Shown here: positions 1 through 8,267 of the stretch, piece by piece | Position numbering within the stretch: position 1 is the stretch's first letter | Layout: every line of letters starts with the position of its first letter | Assembly: GCA_965602015.1 (NCBI GenBank) | Contig: OZ271918.1 | Coordinates: forward strand, 654,341-678,340 | Length of the DNA: 24,000 nt | Reading direction: 5' to 3' | Source of the DNA: Salinispira sp. | GTDB taxonomy: Bacteria; Spirochaetota; Spirochaetia; DSM-27196; Salinispiraceae | Program-made: the position numbers and the translations under genes | Notes under the pieces: generated by a model | The model's input: only the letters and a program-made list of their open reading frames with translations | Told to the model about the DNA's origin: nothing | Databases searched by the model: none

Positions 1-277
1 TGTCCGGATTAACCGCTGTTCCAAGGCTTAGACCTCCCCAGCTCTCCGCGTGGTTTCCCGCGTACATCAGTCTGCCCGGCGAGCTGTAGATGTAGACCTG
101 ATCACTCTCATTGATGTTTAAAAGTGAGCGGGCATTTTCACAGAGACTGTGGTATCGCAACGGCAAATTGCCACGGTCAGCTTCGTCCAGGATTCCCGAA
201 TTCAGCCCCAAACTGGTTACCAGGCGGCTGGGGAAACCGGTGGACCCTACCAGTTGACGAACGTCACTGAATTGCAT
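1..277 (-). CDS. hypothetical protein, N-terminal 92 codons only (gene runs off the left edge)
   Basis: Reverse-strand ATG at 277-275 with GGAGGA (complement of 281-286) 3-4 nt upstream. The frame stays open to position 1 (MQFSDVRQLVGSTGFPSRLVTSLGLNSG...). It is absent from the ORF track because there is no in-window stop. I do not recognise the family. Confidence 0.5.
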   Translation of the reverse strand, partial: MQFSDVRQLVGSTGFPSRLVTSLGLNSGILDEADRGNLPLRYHSLCENARSLLNINESDQVYIYSSPGRLMYAGNHAESWGGLSLGTAVNPD

Positions 278-290
278 GATTCCTCCGGAT

Positions 291-319
291 TCGACAAAGC
301 CCATTGGCTTTCTTATAAT
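291..319 (+). promoter_or_regulatory. sigma70-like promoter for manA (TCGACA-17 nt-TATAAT)
   Basis: TCGACA at 291-296, a 17-nt spacer and TATAAT at 314-319, about 58 nt upstream of the manA start. A divergent candidate on the minus strand is TTGGCA (346-351) -18 nt- TATAGT (322-327). Confidence 0.45.
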
Positions 320-376
320 CAACTATAAGCAATCCCGGCCAAAGTTGCCAAACCGTCGGGGAGCGAGGATGGAAAA

Positions 377-1609
377 TTGGCTAGTAACAGGCTTATCTGG
401 AAAATCGAACCGGCGGTTATGAACTATCCCTGGGGAAGTAGGGATTCAGTTGAAAGGCTATTGAACAGAAGCAATGCATCGGGTGAGCCTGTCGCAGAAC
501 TTTGGTTTGGGGCTCATCCCAGGGGGCCCAGCGTCGTGAGCGGAAGCAAAGCTACCCTGGCGGATCTGTTATATGCGGATCCGAAGGGTCTTTTGGGTGA
601 TAAGACTGCACAGCAGTTCTCGGGAAGATTTCCCTTTCTCTTTAAGGTCTTATCAGCTAAAAAGGGGCTGTCCATTCAGGCGCATCCGAGCAAGACACAG
701 GCCGAAAGGGGATTTTCCCGGGAAAACAGCGAAGGTATCCCCATTGACGCACCTCATCGTAACTACCGCGATGACAATCACAAGCCTGAGTGCATCGTTG
801 CCTTGGAAGATTTTTGGGCACTCTCAGGCTTTCGTCATCCCGAGCATATCGCCGGTCACTTCCGGGGGTGCTCACAAAGTCCTTTGGGGCTAAGGCTTGA
901 GACCGCCCTCGAAGCAACGGGAGCACATGATGAGCAGCGACTTCGGGAATTCTATTCGATATTGATGTCTGCACCCGTCGAGTCCCAACTGGAACTATTA
1001 TCTTATGTTTTGGATTATCAGAAAACCGTACCCAATAGAGATGATGCTAAAGGCCCCTGGTACTGGTTGGGAGAACTGAACCGGCAGTTTCCCGATGACC
1101 CCGGGGCCCTGGCCCCCTTGTATCTCAACGTAATCAGGCTTCGTCGGGGAGAAGGTCTATTTATGAACGCTGGTTTGTTGCATGCATATCTTCGGGGCAC
1201 CGGTCTGGAAATCATGGCTAATTCTGATAATGTCCTCAGGGGAGGCTGCACATCCAAACATGTCGATCCTCCCGAGTTGGTGAAAGTTTTAAACTTTGTC
1301 TGCGATGAGCCCCATCTGGTACAAGCCGACGAAGCCGGGTGGTATCCAAGCCCTGTGCCGGAATTTCAGCTTGCGAGAATTGAACAGGATGGTGAGTTGC
1401 CCCGCTCTGTCCGGCATGATTTTGGACTTGCTTTGCGACCGGCTGTCGTGCTTGTCGAATCGGGTGTACTGGAAATAAGGGCAGGAACCGAAACCCTGGT
1501 TCTGCAAAAAGGCGAATCGGCTTTTTTAGCTGCGGGGCAGCATGAAGTTGAAAGTATGACTCCTGAAGGGGATGCGGCTTTTGCCCTGGCGAGTGTGAAC
1601 CGACTGTGA
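377..1609 (+). CDS. manA: mannose-6-phosphate isomerase, class I
   Basis: 410-aa ORF with type I PMI hallmarks: N-terminal NYPWGS, ELWFGAHP, FLFKVLSA..LSIQAHP and a C-terminal cupin. TTG start at 377 with GAGGA (365-369) 7 nt upstream. The start codon choice is less certain than the gene call. Confidence 0.88.
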   Translation: MASNRLIWKIEPAVMNYPWGSRDSVERLLNRSNASGEPVAELWFGAHPRGPSVVSGSKATLADLLYADPKGLLGDKTAQQFSGRFPFLFKVLSAKKGLSIQAHPSKTQAERGFSRENSEGIPIDAPHRNYRDDNHKPECIVALEDFWALSGFRHPEHIAGHFRGCSQSPLGLRLETALEATGAHDEQRLREFYSILMSAPVESQLELLSYVLDYQKTVPNRDDAKGPWYWLGELNRQFPDDPGALAPLYLNVIRLRRGEGLFMNAGLLHAYLRGTGLEIMANSDNVLRGGCTSKHVDPPELVKVLNFVCDEPHLVQADEAGWYPSPVPEFQLARIEQDGELPRSVRHDFGLALRPAVVLVESGVLEIRAGTETLVLQKGESAFLAAGQHEVESMTPEGDAAFALASVNRL

Positions 1610-2076
1610 GCGCCGTCATCATTTATGTTGATGCTGATTCCTGCCCTGTAAGGGTGAGGGAGATCATCGTAAAGGCCGCCCGGCGCAGGGACTGCATAGC
1701 CCACTTCATCGCCGCACGGGAAATTCCCCTACCCAAAGCCACTGAGGTTCGATTCACCCAAGTCGAACCGGGAGAAGATGCGGCTGATAAGGCTATCATA
1801 CAGGCCGCTAGTCCCAGAGATTTGGTCGTCACCCGGGATATACCCTTGGCGGCCCAATTGGTAGAGAATGACGTCACGGTTATCAATGACCGGGGAGACC
1901 ACTTCACCCGTGAAAACATCCGTCCCAGACTCAGCGAGCGGGATTTTATGGCGGATTTGCGGGCCATGGGACTTGAGAGTATGAAAGATCGCAGCTATTC
2001 GAACAGGGAACTCCAGGCCTTTTCTGCAACCTTCGACCGAGAACTCAGCACACTTATTCGAGAGCATAATCTATAA
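1606..2076 (+). CDS. yaiI: UPF0178 / YaiI-YqxD family protein (DUF188)
   Basis: 156 aa. The N-terminus (IIYVDADSCPV) and the internal DLVVTRDIPLAA..RDFM..LR motif match my memory of E. coli YaiI. The GTG start overlaps the manA stop (GTGA at 1606-1609), suggesting translational coupling. Confidence 0.82.
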   Translation: MSAVIIYVDADSCPVRVREIIVKAARRRDCIAHFIAAREIPLPKATEVRFTQVEPGEDAADKAIIQAASPRDLVVTRDIPLAAQLVENDVTVINDRGDHFTRENIRPRLSERDFMADLRAMGLESMKDRSYSNRELQAFSATFDRELSTLIREHNL

Positions 2077-2288
2077 TCTTCGATGCCGCCCAAAAGAGGC
2101 AAATGGACGACCCATTGGAGAAGAAAAGCCACGGAAAAAGCCAAGCTTCTGCTTGATTTTTTAGCTAAATGGTTCTAAATTTATCGAAATAGTATTGAAA
2201 AATAGTAAGGAATTATCGCGCTCTGCGTTTTTTGACGTCTTCGGGGCCGATACCCCGCCACGCGAGTTCCAGGTCACAAGGAGTATAT

Positions 2289-3542
2289 ATGGGAATGCAT
2301 GTAACTGAAGTAACTGATGGAATCTTTCGCCTTTCTGCCAATGCCGCACCGAATTCACTATTATTCGAGGGCATCTGGCCCATACCCAACGGGGTAAGCA
2401 TGAACAGCTACATCGTCAAAGGCGAGAAAATTGCAATCGTGGACGGTGTCTGCGGATGGGATGGTGTTCCGGAAACCCTTCTCGAGCAGTTCAATCAAAT
2501 GAATCTTGACCCAAACGATATCGACTACGTTATCGTGAACCATCATGAGCCTGACCATAGCGGCTGGCTGGAGGCATTCAAACAGGTGAGGCCGAAATTC
2601 CAGATTATCACCAGTGTGAAAGGGGAAGCCCTTCTCGAAGCGTTTTACGGTATAGATCAGGATATCCGGACAGTCAAAACCGGCGACACTCTCGATCTTG
2701 GCGATGGAAGGATTTTGGCATTCGCCGATATCCCCAATGTGCACTGGCCTGAGACTATGGCGACCTTCGATACAAAGAGCGGCACCCTGCTACCCTGTGA
2801 TGCCTTTGGTTCATTCGGAGCCATCGATGACGCACCATACGATGATCAGTTGAGTCAGGAACAGATTGATTTCTTCGAAAATGAGGCTGTAAGATACTAC
2901 TCAAACATCGTTGCAGCCTTCTGCCTGCCTGTTAATAAAGCAATCAAAACCGTGGAAAGCCTTCCGGTAAAAATCATAGCTCCCGGCCATGGAATCGTCT
3001 GGCGGAAAAACCCTCAAAAAATAATAGACGACTACAAGCGCTATGCCAGCTATGATAAGAATCCAGCCAAAGAAGAAGTCACCGTAATCTGGGGTTCAAT
3101 GTATGGCAACACAGGCAAAACCATAGAGCCCATCGTTGAGGCAATGGAAGCCGAAGGGGTCAAGGTCCACGTTCATCGAGTTCCTGAAAGCCCTATGGGC
3201 GATATTTTAGCTTCGGTGTGGACATCCACGGGAATTGTCCTTGCCATGCCGACCTACGAGTATAAAATGTTTCCTCCAATGTTCGCAGCTCTGGACGAGC
3301 TAGTCAAGAAAAAGGTTAAGAACCGGAAGGCCTTCAGAATGGGTAGTTACGGCTGGTCCGGTGGCGCTCAGAAAGAACTGGACGAATTGATGACTGCTCA
3401 TAAAAGCGGATGGGATTTTCTGGAACCTGTGGAGTTTAAAGGCGCACCCAGCGCAGAAGATATTGAACTTATCCGCCAGAGGGGCAAAGAACTAGCCGCA
3501 GAGGTCAAAAAAATGGTCGCTGAAGCGCCAAAAGTGGTGTAG
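2289..3542 (+). CDS. fprA: flavodiiron protein (FprA-type; metallo-beta-lactamase-like diiron domain plus flavodoxin-like domain)
   Basis: HHEPDHSG (HxExDH diiron motif) in the N-terminal half and VTVIWGSMYGNTGK (flavodoxin-like) in the C-terminal half. I prefer the ATG at 2289, preceded by AAGGAG (2278-2283), over the track start at 2232. Confidence 0.9.
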   Translation: MGMHVTEVTDGIFRLSANAAPNSLLFEGIWPIPNGVSMNSYIVKGEKIAIVDGVCGWDGVPETLLEQFNQMNLDPNDIDYVIVNHHEPDHSGWLEAFKQVRPKFQIITSVKGEALLEAFYGIDQDIRTVKTGDTLDLGDGRILAFADIPNVHWPETMATFDTKSGTLLPCDAFGSFGAIDDAPYDDQLSQEQIDFFENEAVRYYSNIVAAFCLPVNKAIKTVESLPVKIIAPGHGIVWRKNPQKIIDDYKRYASYDKNPAKEEVTVIWGSMYGNTGKTIEPIVEAMEAEGVKVHVHRVPESPMGDILASVWTSTGIVLAMPTYEYKMFPPMFAALDELVKKKVKNRKAFRMGSYGWSGGAQKELDELMTAHKSGWDFLEPVEFKGAPSAEDIELIRQRGKELAAEVKKMVAEAPKVV

Positions 3543-3560
3543 CCTCAGGGAATTATTCTC

Positions 3561-3707
3561 ACTGCCCCGAAAACAGCTGATTTTCCATCTGTAGATTATT
3601 GTGGTAGAAAGAGAAGGGTAAGTTTCTATAAGATTTGAGTAAAATATCAGCTATTTTTTTTCTGGTCAGGTAATTAGCGAATTTAAATCAGCTGTTTTGG
3701 GGGCACT
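3561..3707 (+). repeat. MITE-like intergenic element copy 1 (147 bp, about 24-bp terminal inverted repeats)
   Basis: Left arm 3561-3584 is ACTGCCCCGAAAACAGCTGATTTT and right arm 3682-3707 is TTTAAATCAGCTGTTTTGGGGGCACT. The arms are reverse complements of each other with one core mismatch (3699). The same arms recur at 9403-9550. No coding capacity. Confidence 0.75.
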
Positions 3708-3715
3708 TCAAACAG

Positions 3716-3743
3716 AAAACCGCCGTTTCGACGGCGGTTTTTA
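3716..3743 (+). terminator. intrinsic terminator downstream of fprA (bidirectional-looking)
   Basis: Stem CCGCCGT (3720-3726), loop TTCG, stem ACGGCGG (3731-3737), then TTTTT (3738-3742). An A-run precedes the stem. Confidence 0.8.
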
Positions 3744-3797
3744 TGTCGACACATGACCTGAACTGATTGCCGGGGATATGTCGATGGAGGAGTCTTC

Positions 3798-4670
3798 GTG
3801 GTTTGGGAGAACGAACTCATAGACTGGAGAAAGCGTCGGGAAGATGAGCTCCGAGCTCCTTTTTCCTGGCTGAGTCTTTCGGCATTGATTTGGCTCGACG
3901 ATAAGGCCTCGGTGCTCGGTGGTGCCGGAGCGTCACTGTCTCCCTGGCGCAGACTGCCTCGGTTTGGTTGTTTGGAACCTCGCAGCAGTGAGGGTCACTG
4001 GCAATTTCATCCCGAGCCGGATTTATCGTTTCGTTCCTGGAACCCGGTCTTACCCGGAACTCAAACCGAATCATCCAAGGACAGCAAGCTCACGCTTCTT
4101 TCCGATGACCGGAACGGAGCTGCGACTCTGCTCGAGGTTCATGACCTGCGGATGTGTATAATTCGCAGGCGTTTAGCCGGTGAACCGAGGCAGGCGCTTC
4201 GGGTCTGGGATTCCAGGAGTCCTCGAAGAACCGAGCAGTCTATTGAATGGTTTGAAGCTGATGAACGCTGGCGAAAACCCGGCCGATTTATATCCGAAAT
4301 AAAAAACATTGAAGTTCCCGATGCCCTGGGTTCCACAGAGTTTGCAAAATCTGTGGGTTCTGTGACCTTTGACCACGCTGACCGGACGTTTTCACTGGTA
4401 TGTATGGACGGTGGTAATGACGGCCTGTTTATAATTTTCCGCGATGTGCTTTCTAATTCTGGAGGGCAGGGAGGGGTCTACCCCTCAGCTCGCTATCTTA
4501 CTGTCGAAAAGCCTGGCGATGACGGCATGGTAGAACTTGATTTTAACAGGGCTGTTAGTCCGCCCTGTGCCTATAGTAGTTTTGCGACCTGTCCCTTCGC
4601 TCCCGACGGAAATCACATGGATATTACCGTTCCCGCCGGCGAGCGCTGGGTTAAAAACGTCGAGCGCTAA
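3798..4670 (+). CDS. DUF1684 domain-containing protein
   Basis: 290 aa. N-terminal W..R..R..ELR.P.SWLSL and C-terminal PPCAYS..ATCPFAP..N.....PAGE match the DUF1684 pattern as I remember it. GTG start at 3798 with GGAGGAG (3786-3792) 5 nt upstream. Confidence 0.75.
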   Translation: MVWENELIDWRKRREDELRAPFSWLSLSALIWLDDKASVLGGAGASLSPWRRLPRFGCLEPRSSEGHWQFHPEPDLSFRSWNPVLPGTQTESSKDSKLTLLSDDRNGAATLLEVHDLRMCIIRRRLAGEPRQALRVWDSRSPRRTEQSIEWFEADERWRKPGRFISEIKNIEVPDALGSTEFAKSVGSVTFDHADRTFSLVCMDGGNDGLFIIFRDVLSNSGGQGGVYPSARYLTVEKPGDDGMVELDFNRAVSPPCAYSSFATCPFAPDGNHMDITVPAGERWVKNVER

Positions 4671-5634
4671 ATCCATCCTCGATCATCAGTTCTATCAAAC
4701 TATCCGGTCCTACAAGGTGAGCGCTTCCAACAACCACGAAAAAAGTATCCTGGCTGCGCTGACTGAGAAGGGAATTCAGGGTATCTATCCAGTCTATATT
4801 TCGATCGACAAGCAAGCGGGAGAAGTACTCCTGGCCGGCATCGCTCTCGAAGTATTCAGCAAGAAGTAAATCTTCCAATGCCGCCACATCACCGGCAACC
4901 CAAATTTCTATGAGATCGGAAATATACTCGCTGATAGAATCGAATTCCCTGATACTGTCTTCCAAAGACCATAATTGGGCTTCCATTGAGAAGGAGTTGA
5001 GCATTTCCAATTGTCCGACTGCGGTTTCAAAGGCGAGTGTCTCAATCCCCGCTTCCATCGCCCTGGTGGCAAAGTGAATATCTACTCCCAGGGATGGGTC
5101 CAAGTTGGCTTCGAAAGTGGATATGGTAGCAAGGGTATTGGCAATAACCCAGGGCTGCAGGTTTCGTATGCCGTTGTAATCTATCCCGTAGCTTTGAAAA
5201 ATCTCCCGCAGGGTCAGTGAATCTTCCGGAGTCAGGTAATCTTCAATATCTTCGCCGTCCGCAAGGGTTGAGTTTTGATTGATAAATGCCTGTACTTCGG
5301 CAATATCAACATTGATGATATCCGCTTCGACGATCAGGGCGTCGGCCATGCTAAACTTCTCATATATTCGCTGATCAAGGGGATACAAGAGCTCTCCCCC
5401 CAGATGAACCGAGCCCAAAACAAAAACCGAAGATTCGTCCCGGGTCATTTCCCATAAAAACAGCTCGCCGTCTGCCCGTCCAGGATAATCGGGTGCCTGC
5501 GACCTCTGTGGGGGGGGAAGGATGTCACTGGTCTGCATTCCTGGGTCTTGGATTGACGGTGGGGGGCTTGCACAGCCGGCAATCACAGCAATCATTATTG
5601 TAAGGAGAGAGAAGTTTCGAATGATTATTTTCAT
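4651..5634 (-). CDS. TraB/GumN family lipoprotein
   Basis: 327 aa with a signal peptide and lipobox (LLTIMIAVIAGC). GSVHLG near the N-terminus and VVVGSAHLVG near the C-terminus are typical of TraB/GumN. GGGAGG lies 5 nt upstream of the ATG at 5634. The gene starts 21 bp downstream of the asnS stop, so an operon is likely. Confidence 0.8.
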   Translation of the reverse strand: MKIIIRNFSLLTIMIAVIAGCASPPPSIQDPGMQTSDILPPPQRSQAPDYPGRADGELFLWEMTRDESSVFVLGSVHLGGELLYPLDQRIYEKFSMADALIVEADIINVDIAEVQAFINQNSTLADGEDIEDYLTPEDSLTLREIFQSYGIDYNGIRNLQPWVIANTLATISTFEANLDPSLGVDIHFATRAMEAGIETLAFETAVGQLEMLNSFSMEAQLWSLEDSIREFDSISEYISDLIEIWVAGDVAALEDLLLAEYFESDAGQEYFSRLLVDRNIDWIDTLNSLLSQRSQDTFFVVVGSAHLVGPDSLIELMIEDGFSARRF

Positions 5635-5655
5635 TATTGCCTCCCGGTCATGAGT

Positions 5656-7056
5656 TTAGAAATCGGCGTTTCTTGGTGTTCTGGGGAATGGAATGACGTC
5701 TCGAATGTTCTGCATTCCTGTAACATACTGGATGAGGCGTTCGAAGCCCAACCCGAATCCCGAGTGCGGCACTGTGCCGTATCGGCGAAGATCGAGGTAC
5801 CACCAGTAGTCGTCGGGATTTAATCCGTTCTCCCGTATGCGGCGGGTCAGGACTTCGAGGTTTTCTTCACGCTGGCTGCCGCCGATTATCTCGCCGAGCC
5901 GGGGTACCAGAACGTCCATGCCCCTGACGGTTTTTTCATCGTCGTTGAGCTTCATGTAAAAGGCTTTGATATCTTTCGGATAGTCGGTGACGATGACCGG
6001 GCCCTTGAAAACCTCTTCAGTGAGGAACTTTTCGTGTTCGCTTTGGAGATCAACACCCCAGGAAACCGGGTACTCGAACTGTTTTCCGGACTTTTCCAGT
6101 TCGGAAACCGCTTCGCTGTATGTGAGCCGCTGAAACCGGCTTTCGGCGACGCTCCGCAGCTGGTCGATAATGCCTTTTTGAATCCGCAGATCAAAAAATT
6201 CCATATCATCAGCGGCAGTTTCGAGGACTGTGTTGAGGATGTACTTCAGGAAGGACTCCGCCCAGTCCATATTTTGATGAATGTCGCAGAAAGAGATTTC
6301 CGGTTCAATCATCCAGAATTCAGCGAGGTGACGGGTTGTATTGGAGTTCTCAGCCCGGAAGGTCGGGCCAAAGGTGTAGACCCGGTCCATGGCAGTGGCG
6401 TAAATTTCCGCATTGAGCTGCCCGCTGACGGTGAGGTAGGACCGTCGACCGAAGAAATCCCGTCCGTAATCAATACCCTGCTTGAATTTTTCCGGGGAGG
6501 TTTTAGCGATGCCCTCCAGATCGAGGGTAGTTACCTGGAACATCTCGCCGGCGCCTTCGGCGTCGCTTGCAGTAATAATCGGCGTATGCACCCACAGGAA
6601 ACCGTTATCCTGGTAAAACTGATGGACTGCCTGAGACATGACGTTCCTCACGCGGGCGACGGCGCCGAAGGTGTTGGTTCGGGGGCGGAGGTGGGCGATC
6701 TCCCGAAGGTACTCGAAGGAGTGACGTTTTTTTTGCATGGGATAGGTTTCCGGATCGGCGCTGCCGATCAGACGCAAGACACTGCAGTGCATCTCGACTT
6801 TCTGTTTCTTTCCAGGGCTCTCCACCAGTTTGCCCTCTATCTCCACACTTGCGCCGTTCTGTAACGCGCTGAGATCCTGCTCGCCGAAGCGGTCCTTGTC
6901 CAGAATGACCTGAAGGTTTTTCATGCTTGAACCATCGTTAACTTCGAAAAACACGATATTTTTCGAATCTCTGGCGGTGCGAACCCAGCCCTTGCAAAGA
7001 ACCGCACTATCTGTGGGGTCCATCTCCAATAATTCCCGTACGCGAAATCGTTCCAT
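5656..7056 (-). CDS. asnS: asparagine--tRNA ligase
   Basis: 466 aa class IIb aaRS with [21 protein letters not shown] (motif 2 region) and [24 protein letters not shown] (motif 3). Confidence 0.95.
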   Translation of the reverse strand: MERFRVRELLEMDPTDSAVLCKGWVRTARDSKNIVFFEVNDGSSMKNLQVILDKDRFGEQDLSALQNGASVEIEGKLVESPGKKQKVEMHCSVLRLIGSADPETYPMQKKRHSFEYLREIAHLRPRTNTFGAVARVRNVMSQAVHQFYQDNGFLWVHTPIITASDAEGAGEMFQVTTLDLEGIAKTSPEKFKQGIDYGRDFFGRRSYLTVSGQLNAEIYATAMDRVYTFGPTFRAENSNTTRHLAEFWMIEPEISFCDIHQNMDWAESFLKYILNTVLETAADDMEFFDLRIQKGIIDQLRSVAESRFQRLTYSEAVSELEKSGKQFEYPVSWGVDLQSEHEKFLTEEVFKGPVIVTDYPKDIKAFYMKLNDDEKTVRGMDVLVPRLGEIIGGSQREENLEVLTRRIRENGLNPDDYWWYLDLRRYGTVPHSGFGLGFERLIQYVTGMQNIRDVIPFPRTPRNADF

Positions 7057-7064
7057 AAGGATCG

Positions 7065-7093
7065 AGAGTATCAGCAGTCTGTAAAACGGTCAA
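7065..7093 (-). promoter_or_regulatory. candidate asnS promoter (TTGACC-17 nt-TACTCT) ending 8 nt before the ATG
   Basis: On the minus strand, TTGACC is the complement of 7088-7093, followed by a 17-nt spacer and TACTCT (complement of 7065-7070). There is no Shine-Dalgarno sequence between it and the ATG at 7056. Confidence 0.35.
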
Positions 7094-7199
7094 TCAGGGC
7101 TCGGGAAATGCAGCGGAGGCTTGCTTGCACGCCGGCAAAAGGGATAGTATATGCAACGCATTTTTTCGACTATTCCCGAGCATATATACAGGATTTATC

Positions 7200-8267
7200 A
7201 TGGAACAAACCAGCGACTTACGAATACAATCGGCCCAGCCCCTGACGACCCCTCGGGAACTCTTAAATGAACTTCCCGCCGGTGAAGACAGCATACAGAC
7301 AGTCGTCCGGGGTCGGCATAGTGTGGAAAACATTATTAGCGGGCAGGACCATAGGCTACTCGCCATCGTCGGACCCTGCTCTATACACGATCCGGAAATG
7401 GGTCTTGAATACGCGGAAAAACTTAAAGTTCTGGCCGAAGAAGTGGCGGATCAGATCTATATAGTAATGAGGGTCTATTTCGAAAAGCCCCGCACGAAAC
7501 TTGGATGGCGGGGCCTGATTCTCGACCCGCACCTCAACGGAAGCAATGATATTCAGGAAGGGCTTCGCATAGCACGAAAGCTGCTCTTGGATATCACCGC
7601 AATGGGCCTTCCTGCGGGATCGGAAATGCTCGATCCGGTTGTTCCCCAATATATCGATGATCTACTCAGTTGGGGGGCGATCGGAGCCCGTACCACAGAA
7701 AGCCAGACCCACCGTGAAATGTCCAGCGGTCTGTCCATGCCGATTGGTTTCAAAAACGGAACCGACGGCTCGGTGGACAATGCGCTAAACGCTCTGACCA
7801 GCAGTCGACACGGCCATTCGTTTATCGGGATCGATCTCGAGGGAAAGACCTGCGTGCTCCATACCACGGGAAATGACATGGGACATCTCATCCTCCGCGG
7901 GGGAAAGAACGGGCCGAACTACTACCGGGATCACGTGGAGAAAGCGGGCAATGCCCTGCGGGCAGCCGGATTGCACGACAGAATCATGATTGATTGCAGT
8001 CATGCCAATAGCGGTAAAAATCACCAGCGTCAGCACATCGTTCTGGAAGATATTCTCCGTCAGCGGCTCAGCGGTGTCAAAGAAATCATGGGCTTTATGC
8101 TCGAGAGCAACCATCATCCGGGAAATCAGGCCATTCCCGAGGATATCGGCCAGTTAAAATACGGGGTGAGCATCACCGACGCGTGCATTGGCTGGGATGA
8201 AACCGCAGAGCTGCTCAAACGAAGCCATGACATGCTGGCCCGGGGTATGGACAGGCTGAGGGCCTAA
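7200..8267 (+). CDS. aroG: 3-deoxy-7-phosphoheptulonate (DAHP) synthase, class I (AroF/G/H type)
   Basis: DLRI....L.TP.EL, RLLAIVGPCSIHDPE and YFEKPRTKLGWRGL align with E. coli AroG from memory. The ATG at 7200 reproduces the AroG N-terminus. The TTG at 7125 in the track looks like an extension. Confidence 0.9.
   Translation: MEQTSDLRIQSAQPLTTPRELLNELPAGEDSIQTVVRGRHSVENIISGQDHRLLAIVGPCSIHDPEMGLEYAEKLKVLAEEVADQIYIVMRVYFEKPRTKLGWRGLILDPHLNGSNDIQEGLRIARKLLLDITAMGLPAGSEMLDPVVPQYIDDLLSWGAIGARTTESQTHREMSSGLSMPIGFKNGTDGSVDNALNALTSSRHGHSFIGIDLEGKTCVLHTTGNDMGHLILRGGKNGPNYYRDHVEKAGNALRAAGLHDRIMIDCSHANSGKNHQRQHIVLEDILRQRLSGVKEIMGFMLESNHHPGNQAIPEDIGQLKYGVSITDACIGWDETAELLKRSHDMLARGMDRLRA

Noticed and set aside
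1746-1769. tRNA T-arm-like GGTTCGATTCACC and the 7-bp inverted repeat GGTTCGA...TCGAACC
   Set aside because: It lies inside the well-supported yaiI coding frame, and no acceptor, D or anticodon arms can be drawn around it.
2232-2288. N-terminal extensions in the track for fprA (2232) and, similarly, aroG (7125), cdaA (18661), the 56-aa protein (10297) and the DHH gene (15136)
   Set aside because: Each downstream ATG has a proper SD or promoter context and reproduces the family-typical N-terminus. The upstream starts are TTG or unsupported.
3561-3707. Reading the inverted-repeat elements as integron attC sites or retron msr/msd
   Set aside because: The ends lack the attC core (RYYYAAC/GTTRRRY), and there is no integrase, reverse transcriptase or cassette-like ORF adjacent to either copy.
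6034-6864. 276-aa ORF antisense to asnS
   Set aside because: asnS on the minus strand is unambiguous, and the antisense product has no motif or start signals.
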